DNA of 64,000 nt from positions 242,692 through 306,691 of the forward strand of contig CAVXHV010000009.1 in NCBI GenBank assembly GCA_963761445.1. The letters are read 5' to 3'. How positions within the stretch are numbered: position 1 is the first letter of the stretch; each line of letters opens with the position of its first letter. Made by a program: the position numbers and the translations under genes. Below are positions 19,818 to 30,586 of this stretch, in pieces. The notes beneath the pieces are model-generated. The model was given only the letters and a program-made list of their open reading frames with translations, was not told the DNA's origin and did not search any database. This DNA is from an uncultured Planctomycetota bacterium. GTDB taxonomy: Bacteria; Planctomycetota; Planctomycetia; Isosphaerales; Isosphaeraceae.

Positions 19818-20722
19818 CTACTCGCTCTCGCCGATCCGCTCGACGGCCCGCTCCAGGTCGAGGCGTGACGGCGTGCAATAGCGTCGGGTGGTCTCCAGGC
19901 TCTCGTGCCCGGCGAGGGCGGCAACCTGCTCCAGACCGACCCCGGCGTCGATCAGGTTCTTGCAGAACGTGTGGCGCAGGGCATGGGGCGAGAGGTCGTC
20001 GAGCCGGGCCAGGGCTCCGTATCTGGCCAGGAGCGTCTGGACGCCCGGGGCGTCATCGGCCCGCGCTGGCCCTGAAGGATCACGGCCTCCTCGCCGGCAT
20101 GCTGCGAATAACCCAGGGCCGTCAGCGCGGCCCGGGCGTCCTGATTGAGCGGCACCTGGCGGTGCTTTCCCCCCTTGCCTTGGCGGACCGTCAGCAGGCC
20201 CTTGCGTTCGGAGAGGGCGACGTCCTTCCAGGTCAAGTCACAGAGTTCCTGGACTCGCAGGCCGGTGTTGAGCAGGAGCCGGACGACGGCCAGGTCCCGC
20301 GGCTTTCCGGCGCGTTCGACGGCTCGGAGCAGGGCGTTCTGCTCGCGGCGGTCGAGCCAGCGCGGCCCGGGCCGCTCCTGGGGAACGGCCGAGGGCCGCT
20401 CCAGGATCGGCCTTGGGCGGGAACCGGGAGGCCGGGAGCGATACCCGCCGCGGCCGCCCAGGTCAGAAAGCTCTTCAGGGTGGCGAGCTTGCGGTTGACG
20501 CTGCTGGGCTTGAGCTTCCGTTGCTCGACCAGCCATCGCTTGAACTGCCTCAGGTCGGTCGGGGTGACCTTGGCCGGCTCCATCGGCTCGCCGTTGACAT
20601 CCTCGAACCAGGCGGCGAAGGCGGCGAGGTCGCCGCGGTAGTTCTTGATCGTCAGGGGGCTGCGCTCGGCCTGGGCCAGGAAGCCGGCGAAGCGATTCGA
20701 TGGGGTCGGAGGCACGGGCCAT
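19818..20722 (-). pseudogene. Tyrosine recombinase (TnpI/XerC-like) of the transposon, at least 2 apparent frameshifts
   Basis: N-terminal SAM-like part ..LTIKNYRGDLAAFAAWF... Catalytic motifs TGLRVQEL, HALRHTF and [11 protein letters not shown] are spread over three frames. Stop at 19818-19820. Confidence 0.8.
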
Positions 20723-20810
20723 CGTTATACGTCGAGTATTTCGGGGATCGGGATCGGAATCGGGCGGTCTTATACGCCGAGTCGGCCCGGAAGTCAACGT
20801 ATAACGTCAG
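20723..20810. promoter_or_regulatory. Putative recombination (res/IRS-like) site and recombinase promoter region
   Basis: cgttatacgt (20723-20732) and its inverted partner acgtataacg (20796-20805) flank a third half-site cttatacgccgag (20769-20781). Lies immediately upstream of the recombinase start. Confidence 0.4.
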
Positions 20811-20970
20811 TTCTACGACCACTTGGCGGATGCACCATAGGGTTCATCCTTGAGCCCAGTGGCTGGGGTGGATAGGCTGCAAAGGATCGTCGATGACTTT
20901 GAACCGTGGTCCTCTCAGTCCGCTGTTCCGCCACCAAGCCGCGACCACTGTCACTTGAGAGGACGGGACC

Positions 20971-23900
20971 ATGGCCGGAAACTGGCGTACCGTCCGCGTG
21001 TTCATCTCCTCGACGTTTCGCGACATGCATGCGGAGTGCGATCACCTCGTGCAGGTCGTCTTCCCCAAACTCCGCGAGCGGCTAGCTTCCTACCGTGTCG
21101 AGCTGATCGACATCGATCTCCGCTGGGGCGTCACGCGGGAGCAAGCTGAAAACGACCAGGCAGCTCGATGTCTGTCTGCACTGGATCGACGAGTGTCGGC
21201 CCTTCTTTATTGGCCTGCTGGGTGAACGCTATGGCTACGTCCCTTCCCGCCATCCGATCGTCGCCCAGTCGAAGTACGGTGAAGTGCAGTTCGAGACCGG
21301 CCGCAGTATCACCGAGTTGGAAATTCTCTTCGGTGTCCTACTCAACGACCCGCCGAATGCGCGGTCGGTCCTTCTTCTACTTTCGCGACCCCGACGCGTT
21401 GAAGGACGTCCCCGAGGACGTAAAGCGATCGACCTACCTTGAAACCGATTCCGCCTTCCAGGTGAAGCTGGCCGTGCTGAAGGAAAAGATCCGTGCCAGC
21501 GGGGTGCAGCTCATCGAGGACTACCCAGCCAGTTGGAACTCAGACACTTTCGACCGTCCGACAAAGTCCCTTGGCCGCCTCGACGGCCTGGAGGCGTTTG
21601 GCGAGCGGGTTTACGAGCAACTCTGGCGAGCCATCCAGATCGAGCACACTCTTCTCGATGCGCCCCCGGCCCCCGCTGGCCAGGACGAGCTGCGCGGCTG
21701 GCCTCCGAGGTTGACGACTACTGGCGCGGTTCATGGAGTCTCGCCTCCGCGTCTATGTCGGCCGCGGCGAATTGCAAGACGCCCTTATCACTTACGCTGA
21801 CGGCAACCATCACTATCCCTGTCTCCTAACCGGCCAATCCGGCTCGGGCAAGTCGTCAGCTTTGTGCGCTTCGTCATCGCATACCAGGAACAGCACCGCA
21901 ATGTGCTTGTCATCCCTCACTTCATCGGTGCCAGTCCCCGCTCGGGCAGCCTTCGCGACCTGCTGCGCCGACTTTGCCTGACGCTAAAGGGTGCCTTTGG
22001 CTATGGAGAGGACGTTCCCCTGGAGATCGCCCCGCTCGTTACGACCTTCCGCGACTTCCTGGTCCGCGTCCCGGCTGACTGCCGCGTCCTGATCGTGTTG
22101 GACGCCCTCAACCAAATCGAAGAGAGCGATCGTGCCTGCGAATTGTATTGGTTGCCATACGAATTATTACCTCATGTGAAAATTATAAGCAGCTGCATCA
22201 TCGATCCGAGGTCTCCCGGGGCCGAGCTCGACCCAGTCGCGAACGCCTTCCAACACCGGCCTGCTCACCTGCTCCGCGTCACAGACCTCAGCGACACCGA
22301 CCGCCGGACGATGATCTGCGAGTACCCCTCGCTCTTCGCCAAAACGCTCGACGCCTCCCAGATTGGTATGCTCCTGTCCAACCCGGCTACGTCCACCCCG
22401 CTCTACCTACGTGTCGCTCTGGAGGAGCTTCGCGGGTTCGGCTCGTTCGACGATCTCGATGACCGCATCAAGGCTCTCCCTCGCGACGGCCTACCCGACG
22501 CCGTCTTGCTCCACGCCGGCTTTTCGCCCAAGGCGATGCGAAAGGCCGGTGACCCGCTCACAGCGCTTTTCGTGCAGGTAATCGAGCGGCTGGAATCCGA
22601 GTTCGAATGCGAAGACGTCCGCTCGATCCTCACCCTGCTCGCCTCCGCGCGGTTTGGGCTGTCGGACCGCGAGCTGCTCGAATTGCTCGAGGGGCCAGGC
22701 GTGGCGATCGAGGCCAGCACGAGCGACCTGTTTCCCAGACTGCGCCAGCTCCGTCCTTACCTCCAAAATGTCGGCGGCCTGCTCGGTTTCTTCCACGGCA
22801 ACTTACTCCAGGCCGTCCGGCGGCATTATCTCGATACCGATGACCAACGGCGTACCGCACACGCCCGGCTTGGTGACTATTTCGAGCCTCAAACCACCTG
22901 GCTCGAATCGCCGGACGCGTTCTGGGAACGAGCCCGTCACTCGGCACCGTCACCTCGCCTCGCCAACCTCCGCAAGGTCGATGAGCTGGTATGGCAACGG
23001 ATCGAGGCACAGGAATGGATTCTCGTTGTGAAATTGCTGACAAGCCTCGATTGCCTCGAGGCCAAGGCCGAAGGCGGCCGCACATTCGATCTAGCCGGTG
23101 AGTTGGCCAGGGTTACTCAGAGGATGCCCGAAAACGATTCCGCTCGGCAGCTCCTTCGGCTGCTCGAACAAGCGATCCGGGGCGACATCCATTTTCTGGT
23201 GCGTCATCCGACAACGCTGTTCCAGTGCCTCTGGAATCGCTGCTGGTGGTACGACTGCCCGGAGTCCGCTGAGCACTATCTGCCGGGGGACAAGCCACCA
23301 GTGCAGAGCGGTTCCAACTCGAGGACTCTTCGACTTGATGGAAGCCTGGCGAAGAACCAAGGAGGCCGTGCAGCCAGGTTTCATCTGGCTCCGCTCGCTC
23401 CGCCCCTCCCCCACGCGTCTGGGGCGGGTCTACTGGCGGTCCTTCAGGGACACGCTGGCCCGGTCCTGGGTGTGGCGTTCTCGGCTCAGGGTGATCGAAT
23501 CGCGAGCGGCGCGGAGGACCAGACGGTGAGGGTCTGGGACACCGCGTCCGGGTGTGAGGTCGGATGCCTCAGAGGACATACCGCCGCCGTCGGCTGCGTG
23601 GCGTTCTCGCCCGACGGCCGGTGGATCGCCAGCGGGTCGAAGGACCAGACCCTACGCCTCTGGGACTCCCGCACCGGCGCGAGCTCCTCTGCCTGGACGG
23701 ACACACCTCCGAGGTCGTGTGTGTGGCATTCTCGCCCGACGGCCGGTGGATCGCCAGTGCGTCTCATGACTGCACCGCCCGTCTCTGGGAGGCCGATTCC
23801 GGCGCGAACGCGTCTGCCTCCGCGGACACTCCTCTTGGGTCGATGCCTCGCATCTTCGCCCGACGGCGAGCGAATCGCGACGGGCTCCTCGGACCAGACC

Positions 23901-24972
23901 TTGCGTGTTTGGGATACCAGCGTCGGAGTCGAGCTCGTCTGCTCGAGCAACGCCGGGTGTTCCATTGAGGATCTGGCCTTCTTACCTGGTGGCCGTCGCA
24001 TCATCACCGGCTCAAGAGGCGGCACCATCCAGCTTTGGGACGCCGATTCGGGCGACGAGCTCGGCGGCCAGCCGGGAAACAGCCAGATCATGGGCGTGGC
24101 GGTGGCACCCGACGGTCGCAGGATCATCGACGTCTTCTGGGATCTCAACCTCCGCCTCCACGACACCTTCTCGGGCCACACATACGCCATCTACCGCGGC
24201 GCGGACGCTGTCGTCGGGAGCGTCGCTTTTTCGCCCGACGGACAACGCATCGCCAGTGGCTCGTGGGACCACCTGGTGCGGGTCTGGGATGCCGGCTTCA
24301 GCAGTGAACCCTCTTCCCTCCGAGGCCACACCACGGAAATCGCCGGCATCCAGTTCTCGCCTGACGGACGACTGGTCGCAAGCCACTCAGAGGACGGCTC
24401 TCTGCGTGTCTGGGACGCTGGCTCCGGGCGAGAAATCGCCTGTTGTCGCGACGGCGACTACTCCTCCGAGATCGTCAGTATGGTCTTCGCACCCGAGGGC
24501 CGATGGCTGGCGTTCACTCGGTCGAATGGCACCACACGTGTCTGGGACGCCCAATCCGAGGGAGAACCTGTCACCCTGCAAGGACTTGGCCCGGGAGTGA
24601 CTGGTTGGATGAAACGGCTTGACTTCACCTCCGACGCCCGGCGCATGCGTGGGCGTCTTACTCGACGACACCGTGGCCGCCTGGAACCCCAAGACCGGGG
24701 CCCGACTCGAAGCTCATGATATCCAAAGAGAGGTGCCCGGACCTGCTCCAGCGAACGGGGAATTCCCGTGGCGCGCCCGATCTGAACCGGGCGGGGACAC
24801 AGCGATCGTGCCGGCGAGTGGGGGAGCCCCTGTGGCATGGTTCCCCGCAACGCCCGACGAGTTGAAAACCTCGCCTTCCGGTCGTACCTGGGCTGGGAAT
24901 GTCTTTAAACACCTATATCTCATCCGCCTGGAAGGCGACTCAAGGTTCCGCGAGCAAGATTGTAACGGTTAG
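20971..24972 (+). pseudogene. DUF4062-NACHT-WD40 STAND NTPase (NWD1-like architecture), at least 8 apparent frameshifts
   Basis: N-terminal VRVFISSTFRDMHAECDHL..DLRWGV (DUF4062-like). Walker A LLTGQSGSGKSS, Walker B VLIVLDALNQ. Many GH..V..VAFSPDG..IASGS.D.T.R.WD repeats. Pieces lie in ORFs 20971-, 21168-, 21733-, 21864-, 23564- and 24619-. Confidence 0.85.
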
Positions 24973-25036
24973 ACTATCCATTTCGCCTTCAGGTCGGTTG
25001 GCCACAGTGTCCAGGTGCTTCGGTATTTGGCGTGGG

Positions 25037-25074
25037 CCTATTCCAGTTTTCTGTTCCATTGCTACTCACGGGCC
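25037..25074 (-). repeat. Tn3-family terminal inverted repeat, right
   Basis: cctattccagttttctgttccattgctactcacgggcc. Reverse complement of IR-L with 4 mismatches; the outer GGGG has become GGCC. Confidence 0.85.
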
Positions 25075-25288
25075 GTAAAGCTCGAGTTAGATTTCCTTCC
25101 ACCAATGCCAAGATTGGTGCGGAACTCCCGTGCGCCGTCGTTCGCACATGAGGCTGAAAGTCCGGCAACTGAAGCACGCCGCGATGGCAGTCTCCGAGCA
25201 GTTTGTGGAGGTCAAACGGGTTTCTCTGGAATGTTGATCCGGGCATGATTCGAGCTTTCCTTCTCGGGCAACCGTTTCGTTAAACGGC

Positions 25289-25790
25289 TCACACGCCAAG
25301 GTCGTCCAAGAACTCCGACGCGGGCTCCACGCTGCTAACAAGCAAGTGATCCCTCGCGCGCGTGCAAGCCACGTACAGTAGCTGGCGCTCGGTGTCATAC
25401 ACCTCTTGCAGGTCAGCATCGTCGCCAACCGCCTCGATTCGCGCCTGCGAGGGAATGACCTCGTCGTCGCAGGCAATCACCGCGATCGCGCGAAACTCCA
25501 AGCCCTTGGCAAGGTGCATGGTGCAGATCGACACGTGACCAACGGCGGTCTCGACGTGTTCGTCGAGATTCTTGAACGGCACTCCCGCTCCGCGCGCGGC
25601 CGCCACGGCCCTGTCCCTTTCGCGTTCGGACCGAACAAAGAGCCCGATCTCGTGGGGCAGCAGCCCCTCCTTCGCGCTCGGCGAGCCAGTCGCCCACCGC
25701 TGTAGTCTCTTCGCGTTCGTCCTTGAATTTCCGAATCGTTGCGCAGGCCCATTGAAAACGGAAACGGTGTCGCTCCGCTTCTCACTGTTG
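25289..25790 (-). pseudogene. 3' fragment of a UvrD/Rep-type SF1 helicase
   Basis: ..ICTMHLAKGLEFRAIAV.. and ..ERQLLYVACTRARDHLLVS are C-terminal UvrD motifs. The N-terminal roughly 400 aa are absent. One frame change near 25660. Abuts the ISAzo13 end. Confidence 0.7.
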
Positions 25791-25794
25791 CCGT

Positions 25795-27128
25795 CTAAGG
25801 AACAGGCCGAGAATAAGTTCCCGGCGTTATACGGTCTTGGGTTCGGGGACTGCTCGGTAGTTCCACTTGGGCAGGATCTTGTCGAAGATGATCTTCATGG
25901 TCTTCTTGAATCCCGCGGCACACTTGCGTCCTGTCTGATACATCTTGTAGAGGATACGCACGCTGATTGTCAGGCCCGTCGTGGTTTCGGTCTTGGATAT
26001 GTAGTGCTGCACCGTTTCCAACGTCCGAAAGATCACGCCCCGACACGCTCGCGTCACATGCGGGAAAAGGCGATGCTCGATCGGGTTATACTTCGAGCAG
26101 TAAGGCGGGTAGTGGGCCACCCGGATTTCGACGCCCAGCCGGTTCGCTAGCTCTTGGAGCTGCTCCTTGAAGACGTACCTCGACGCACTGTTACTCCCGC
26201 CGCCGTCGCACAGCACTAGGATCTTCTTAGCCCTGGGATAACTCACCCGTCCGTGATCCTCCCACCACGCTGCGATACTGTCACAAGCCAGCTCGCTGGT
26301 GTCGTGGCTGGTGTTCAGGTGGATGAATCCTCGATTTCGCCCTACATCGTAGACGCCGTGAGGAATTACCACGCCCGAGCCTGCACTACTGAAATCATGG
26401 TCGTTGGTTTCAATCGTCTCCTGCGTGTCGATTACGCCGTCACGGTGGAAGTCACCCATCAACTCCTTCTTCTTCGTGTCGATGCTGATGACCGGCAAAC
26501 CGGCCTTCAGGTACTTCTTCTTGAGACGGGCGATGTTCTCGAACTGGACGTTGCGGTCCGGGTGACGCGGTCCCATCGTCTTCTTCTTCAATGCTTTTCG
26601 CCTTCGGTATCCGTGTTTGCGAAGCAACTGGGACACGATGTGTCGACTGGTCGGAGTACCCAAAGCCGTGACCCGAAGCGCTATCTGTCTACGTGACAAG
26701 TTCGTCCATTTCACGTCGGTGCGCATCGGATCTCCAGCAGTGTGGTCCTCGAGAACCTTTAAGAAGTTCGCTTCGACGGCAGCGTTGATCTCGATCGCCT
26801 TTTTGCACCCCCCCCTTTTTTTCGGACACGAGTCGTGTCCAGCTCATCTGTCGCTTCCAGCTCCGCCTTTCCACGGCGGATCGTCTTTGGATCGCATTCA
26901 AGGATCTGGGCAATGTACTCAGTTCCACCATGACCCAGTTTGGCAGCCTCGATGGCCGCGTACCGCCGTCGATCGTCCTCCGAAAGTGACTCATACAGCC
27001 GCTTCATCATCCGCTCAATTTCCGGTGCATACGCGTCCATGCTGCCCTCCTTGGCGTTTCCCTACGGACAGCGAGCTTGATATCATACTTCAGGGAAAAC
27101 GGGAAGTTAATTTCGGCCCGTTCCTAAG
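25795..27128 (-). mobile_element. ISAzo13-family insertion sequence (about 1334 bp)
   Basis: Imperfect 29-bp IRs (24 of 29): ctaaggaacaggccgagaataagttcccg at 25795-25823 and cgggaagttaatttcggcccgttcctaag at 27100-27128. Confidence 0.75.
25827..27040 (-). CDS. ISAzo13-family (Rhodopirellula-type DDE) transposase; frame change in an A7G8 run
   Basis: ORF 26759-27040 (..RVRKKGGG) and ORF 25827-26726 (..DPMRTDVKWTNLS..YPPYCSKYNPIEHRLF) join across the homopolymer at 26808-26822. Confidence 0.8.
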
Positions 27129-29731
27129 CATGCCGGACGAAGAAGCTCTCTTCGTTGTAATCGGTATCGATGAACCAACAAGCGATGCCCGCAGCGCCGT
27201 CGCTTCGAACTTCGCCGGTGTTGGGATGGAAGACATCCACCCCGTTGATCTTCACTCGCATCTGACCGTTAATTTCCGGCATGAGCGTGATGTCCGGCTC
27301 GCCGAAGATGACGAAGAGATTACCTTTGCCGGTGTTCTTCAGATCATCAGACATGTGCAGGTCGGCGTTCATTCGCGCCTTCAGCACGGGAATGCGGCCG
27401 AGCTTGTTGAATTCCGTCGTATGCGCCTCGTAGTTAAACGCGCAGGCGATCAGCACATCGAAACCCGCATCGCCGGCCTCGCGGGCGGCCGCCACCAGGT
27501 CGGCGCGCTGAACCGTGCCGAACTCCGGCCCGAGAAAGATAGCGGCGCGTTTTTCATTGTCCCCTTCCAAGTACCGCCCCTCGGCGCAGACAAAGCTCCC
27601 TGGCCAGGGCGTCAGCGCAGTGAACGTGATTCGGTCTTCCTTACGCGCCTGCTGCACGCCGGCCGTCTTCAGATTCTCCAGAATCATCTGGTCGAAACTG
27701 CCGCCTTCGTCCCTGATGTTCGAAAGCGGATCGATCAGCTCGTCGTTTTCATCCACGCCGAGCGTGCGGTGGGGAGAGAGACTCTCGACGGTGAAGGGGC
27801 CGGCCACTCGCACCTTCTTTTTGTCTTCATAGGGTTTGTCATAGAGGAATTCAAACTCGGCCTTGGCGGCGATCGAGGCGTCGATCTCCTTCTGCCGCGA
27901 GGTGCGGGCCTGCCACCACTCGGCGTGAAGCTTCCGCACGGGCTGTGACCACTCATCCTCCGGCTCGCGCGGAATCTCCCACTCCCGCCAGGACCTCCCG
28001 ACGGCGGCGTTTAGCGAGTCGCGCAGCGGCCCCAGCGCGCCCTGCCACTTTTCCCAGATGACGTCGATCTCCGCATTATCGGCGATGGACTTGAGCGTGA
28101 TGTGCGGCACCCGCTCATAGACAAAGCCGTGGCGGACATTGCCGTGAACGGGCTGCGAAGAGGGCGCGGTCCGGGAGACCTCGGCTTCTTTGAGCTGGCC
28201 ATCGCGGGAATCAGCTAGGAGGTAGTACGAGTATCGCGCGCCCATGATGCGGGCACGGGCTAGCGCCAGCGCGACGCGCGAGGTGTCAATCGTGATCCAG
28301 CGACGGCCCCATTGCTCTGAGACAGCCGCAGTGGTTCCCGACCCACAAGTCGGGTCGAGCACGAGGTCACCGGGATCAGTCGCCATCAGGATACATCGCT
28401 GGACTACCTTTTCGTTTGTCTGGACGACATAAACCTTGTCCGACGCACCTCCTACGTCGGTCCAAGCGCCGCCCAAGCTGACGGTTGGGTCGTCACCGAA
28501 GAAACGCCGGAGGCTGATTTGCTTACCGTCAATGACAATGCGACCAGCGCGCGCAACTCTTCCAAGTCCATCTACAGTGACTTTCCAGTGCGCCGCCTTT
28601 CCAGGGTGGAAGGTCACGCAGTTAAACTGGAAGTCAACAGTCGTATTTGGGCGGAAGCCGTCGGAGGTTAATGGATAGGACCTCCACACGACACTCAAAT
28701 CCTTTATCAATGACGGATCATCTCTTTCGTCTCGAGTTAGAGATCGGCTGTCCACAGGCGACGTCGCAATCTTGGTGTAGCCGCTGCCACCTTCACCCTT
28801 CAGATCTCGAGGACGTAGCAATGCCCTAAACTTGCTCTCAGCGGCACGCCTTGAGCGGGCAAACCATAGGATTCGATCAGAATTAGACTGAATAAACGCT
28901 CCCACAAGGCTTCCAGTCTTCTGAACCGCGATCTCAACAACGAAGTTCTCTTCTCCAAATATCTCCTCAAGTCAGCGCTCGAATGCGATGCACGTTCTCA
29001 TCGCCGATCTGCACGAAGATGGAACCAGAATCAGTGAGCAAATCCCGCGCAACGGTGAGACGATCACGTAGGTAGGTGAGATAGCTGTGGATACCATCGC
29101 GCCACGTGTCACGAAACGCTTTAACCTGCTCCGGCTCACGCGTGATGTGATCGGCCTTACCATCCTTCACGTCGCGGCTCGTCGTCGACCACTGAAAGTT
29201 ACTATTGAACTTGATCCCATAAGGAGGGTCGATGTAGATGCATTGCACCTTGCCACGCAACCCCTCGCGCTCGGCCAAGCTGGCCATGACTTGGAGCGAA
29301 TCCCCGAGGATCATGCGGTTCGACCAGTTCTGGTCATGCTGATAGAAATCGGTCTTGTCCACCCCGTCCGGAATCCCGTTGAACTCGGCAAACAAGTCAA
29401 GTTGAACCTGCTTGCCCGGCTTCTCCTGTTGCTGCGACTGCCTCAGCAGGTCGTCAATGAGAACCTTCGGATGCACCTTCTCCTGGATATAGAGCGGCGG
29501 CGCGTGCACGACCAGGTCGCTCCAGTCCTGGGTATCCTTCCCACGCCAAACAAGCTGCGGGTCGAGATCGCGATTCCGCCGCTCGTACGCAACCCGGATC
29601 AGCCGCTCCGCCTCCTGTTTCACAACGGACTGGAATTCCGCCGTCGGGATGTTCTTCCGCTTGTCCGCCTCGTGCATGAGGGTCTCGACCGTCTTCTTCG
29701 CCGGTTCCTTCGCGGATTTCTTCGCCGCCAT
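27124..29731 (-). CDS. mod: Type III R-M DNA methyltransferase (Mod, beta-class N6A/N4C); frameshift near 28970 and 3' end cut by ISAzo13
   Basis: IYIDPPYGIKF (motif IV) in ORF 28967-29731. DPTCGSGTTAAV (motif I) in ORF 27124-28905. The join reads ..RIRAL|LEEIFGEENFVVEIAVQKTGSLVGAFIQ. The stop codon lies within the IS terminus. Confidence 0.85.
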
Positions 29732-29770
29732 GACGGGCCCCTTCCTACGAGTCCAATGTGTCCGGATTCT

Positions 29771-30586
29771 TCAAGGCTTTCTTCCCCTCGGAGGCAAGGC
29801 GGCGCTCGACCTTTTTGACGTCTTCGGCGGCTGGGAGACTCTCGGGCCGGATGCCGCGCCGAGCAGCGTTTTGCGCACCGCCTGGTTGTTCGTGACATGC
29901 TCTCGCGAGATTGCGCTTTCACTCGCCAGGCCGTGTTCGCGGGTATTGAAGATCGTGATCTCGGCGGCGAAGTCCTTCGCTTTCAGAATGATCGTTGGAG
30001 CAAAGTCTGCCAGGGGCCGGCTGTCCGGTACTTTCCACTGGGCTTTCATCGCCAGCGTGCTTTTGCCGAAGAGCGCCTGGTCGCCCTTGCTTCGGATCAG
30101 GGCGAAGTCCTGATTCACGCTGATCCGCTCGTAGATAACCCCGGAAAGCTCCCGCTCAGTCGTCGTGAGTTTCTGACGTGCCGCGACGCGTTCGGCCTCC
30201 AGGATCCGCTGTTCGATCAACTCCGCCCGGCGAGTCTGGACAGCGAAGTAGGTCTGGGCGAACGCGATTTCCTGCTTCTTGGGATCGCCATTCTGAGCAG
30301 CGAGGTAGCACGCGTACCGGGTGAGCATCATGTCGTCCACTTCGCGCTGGCTTCCGGAGCCGAGATCGACCATTTTGTTGACGTCAACAAAATGGTCGGA
30401 AACCTCGTGTCCGGAGAGCTCGCACGCGGTTTTCGCCTTGGTGATCACGGCCGTGAAGTTCCGCCACTCCGTGTATCCCAGCAAATGCTGAAGGTCGCGG
30501 GCGAGCCAGAATTCGACGCCGCCATCGGTCTGCTGAGCGTGGCCTTCAAATGTGTCCGTCAACGCGTGAATCAGCTCGGTTTTCAT
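29771..30586 (-). CDS. dinD: DNA damage-inducible protein D (DinD)-like
   Basis: FWLARDLQHLLGYTEWRNF..AKTACELSGH..LTRYACYLAAQNGDP..AQTYFAVQTRR matches my recollection of the DinD family. Overlaps the res stop by 4 nt. Confidence 0.8.
   Translation of the reverse strand: MKTELIHALTDTFEGHAQQTDGGVEFWLARDLQHLLGYTEWRNFTAVITKAKTACELSGHEVSDHFVDVNKMVDLGSGSQREVDDMMLTRYACYLAAQNGDPKKQEIAFAQTYFAVQTRRAELIEQRILEAERVAARQKLTTTERELSGVIYERISVNQDFALIRSKGDQALFGKSTLAMKAQWKVPDSRPLADFAPTIILKAKDFAAEITIFNTREHGLASESAISREHVTNNQAVRKTLLGAASGPRVSQPPKTSKRSSAALPPRGRKP

Larger units (their letters stand above)
16740..25074 (-). mobile_element. Tn3-family transposon (8335 bp): tnpA, tyrosine recombinase, res-like region and NACHT-WD40 passenger
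   Basis: 38-bp IRs match at 34 of 38 positions. A 5-bp direct repeat GTAAA lies at 16735-16739 and 25075-25079. The tnpA stop is 20 nt inside IR-L. Confidence 0.9.

Noticed and set aside
25075-25246. Short ORF as an intact gene
   Set aside because: It is only about 85 codons even after in-silico removal of the transposon, and the motif match (LQLPDFQ) is too short. It is kept only as a possible relic in the findings.
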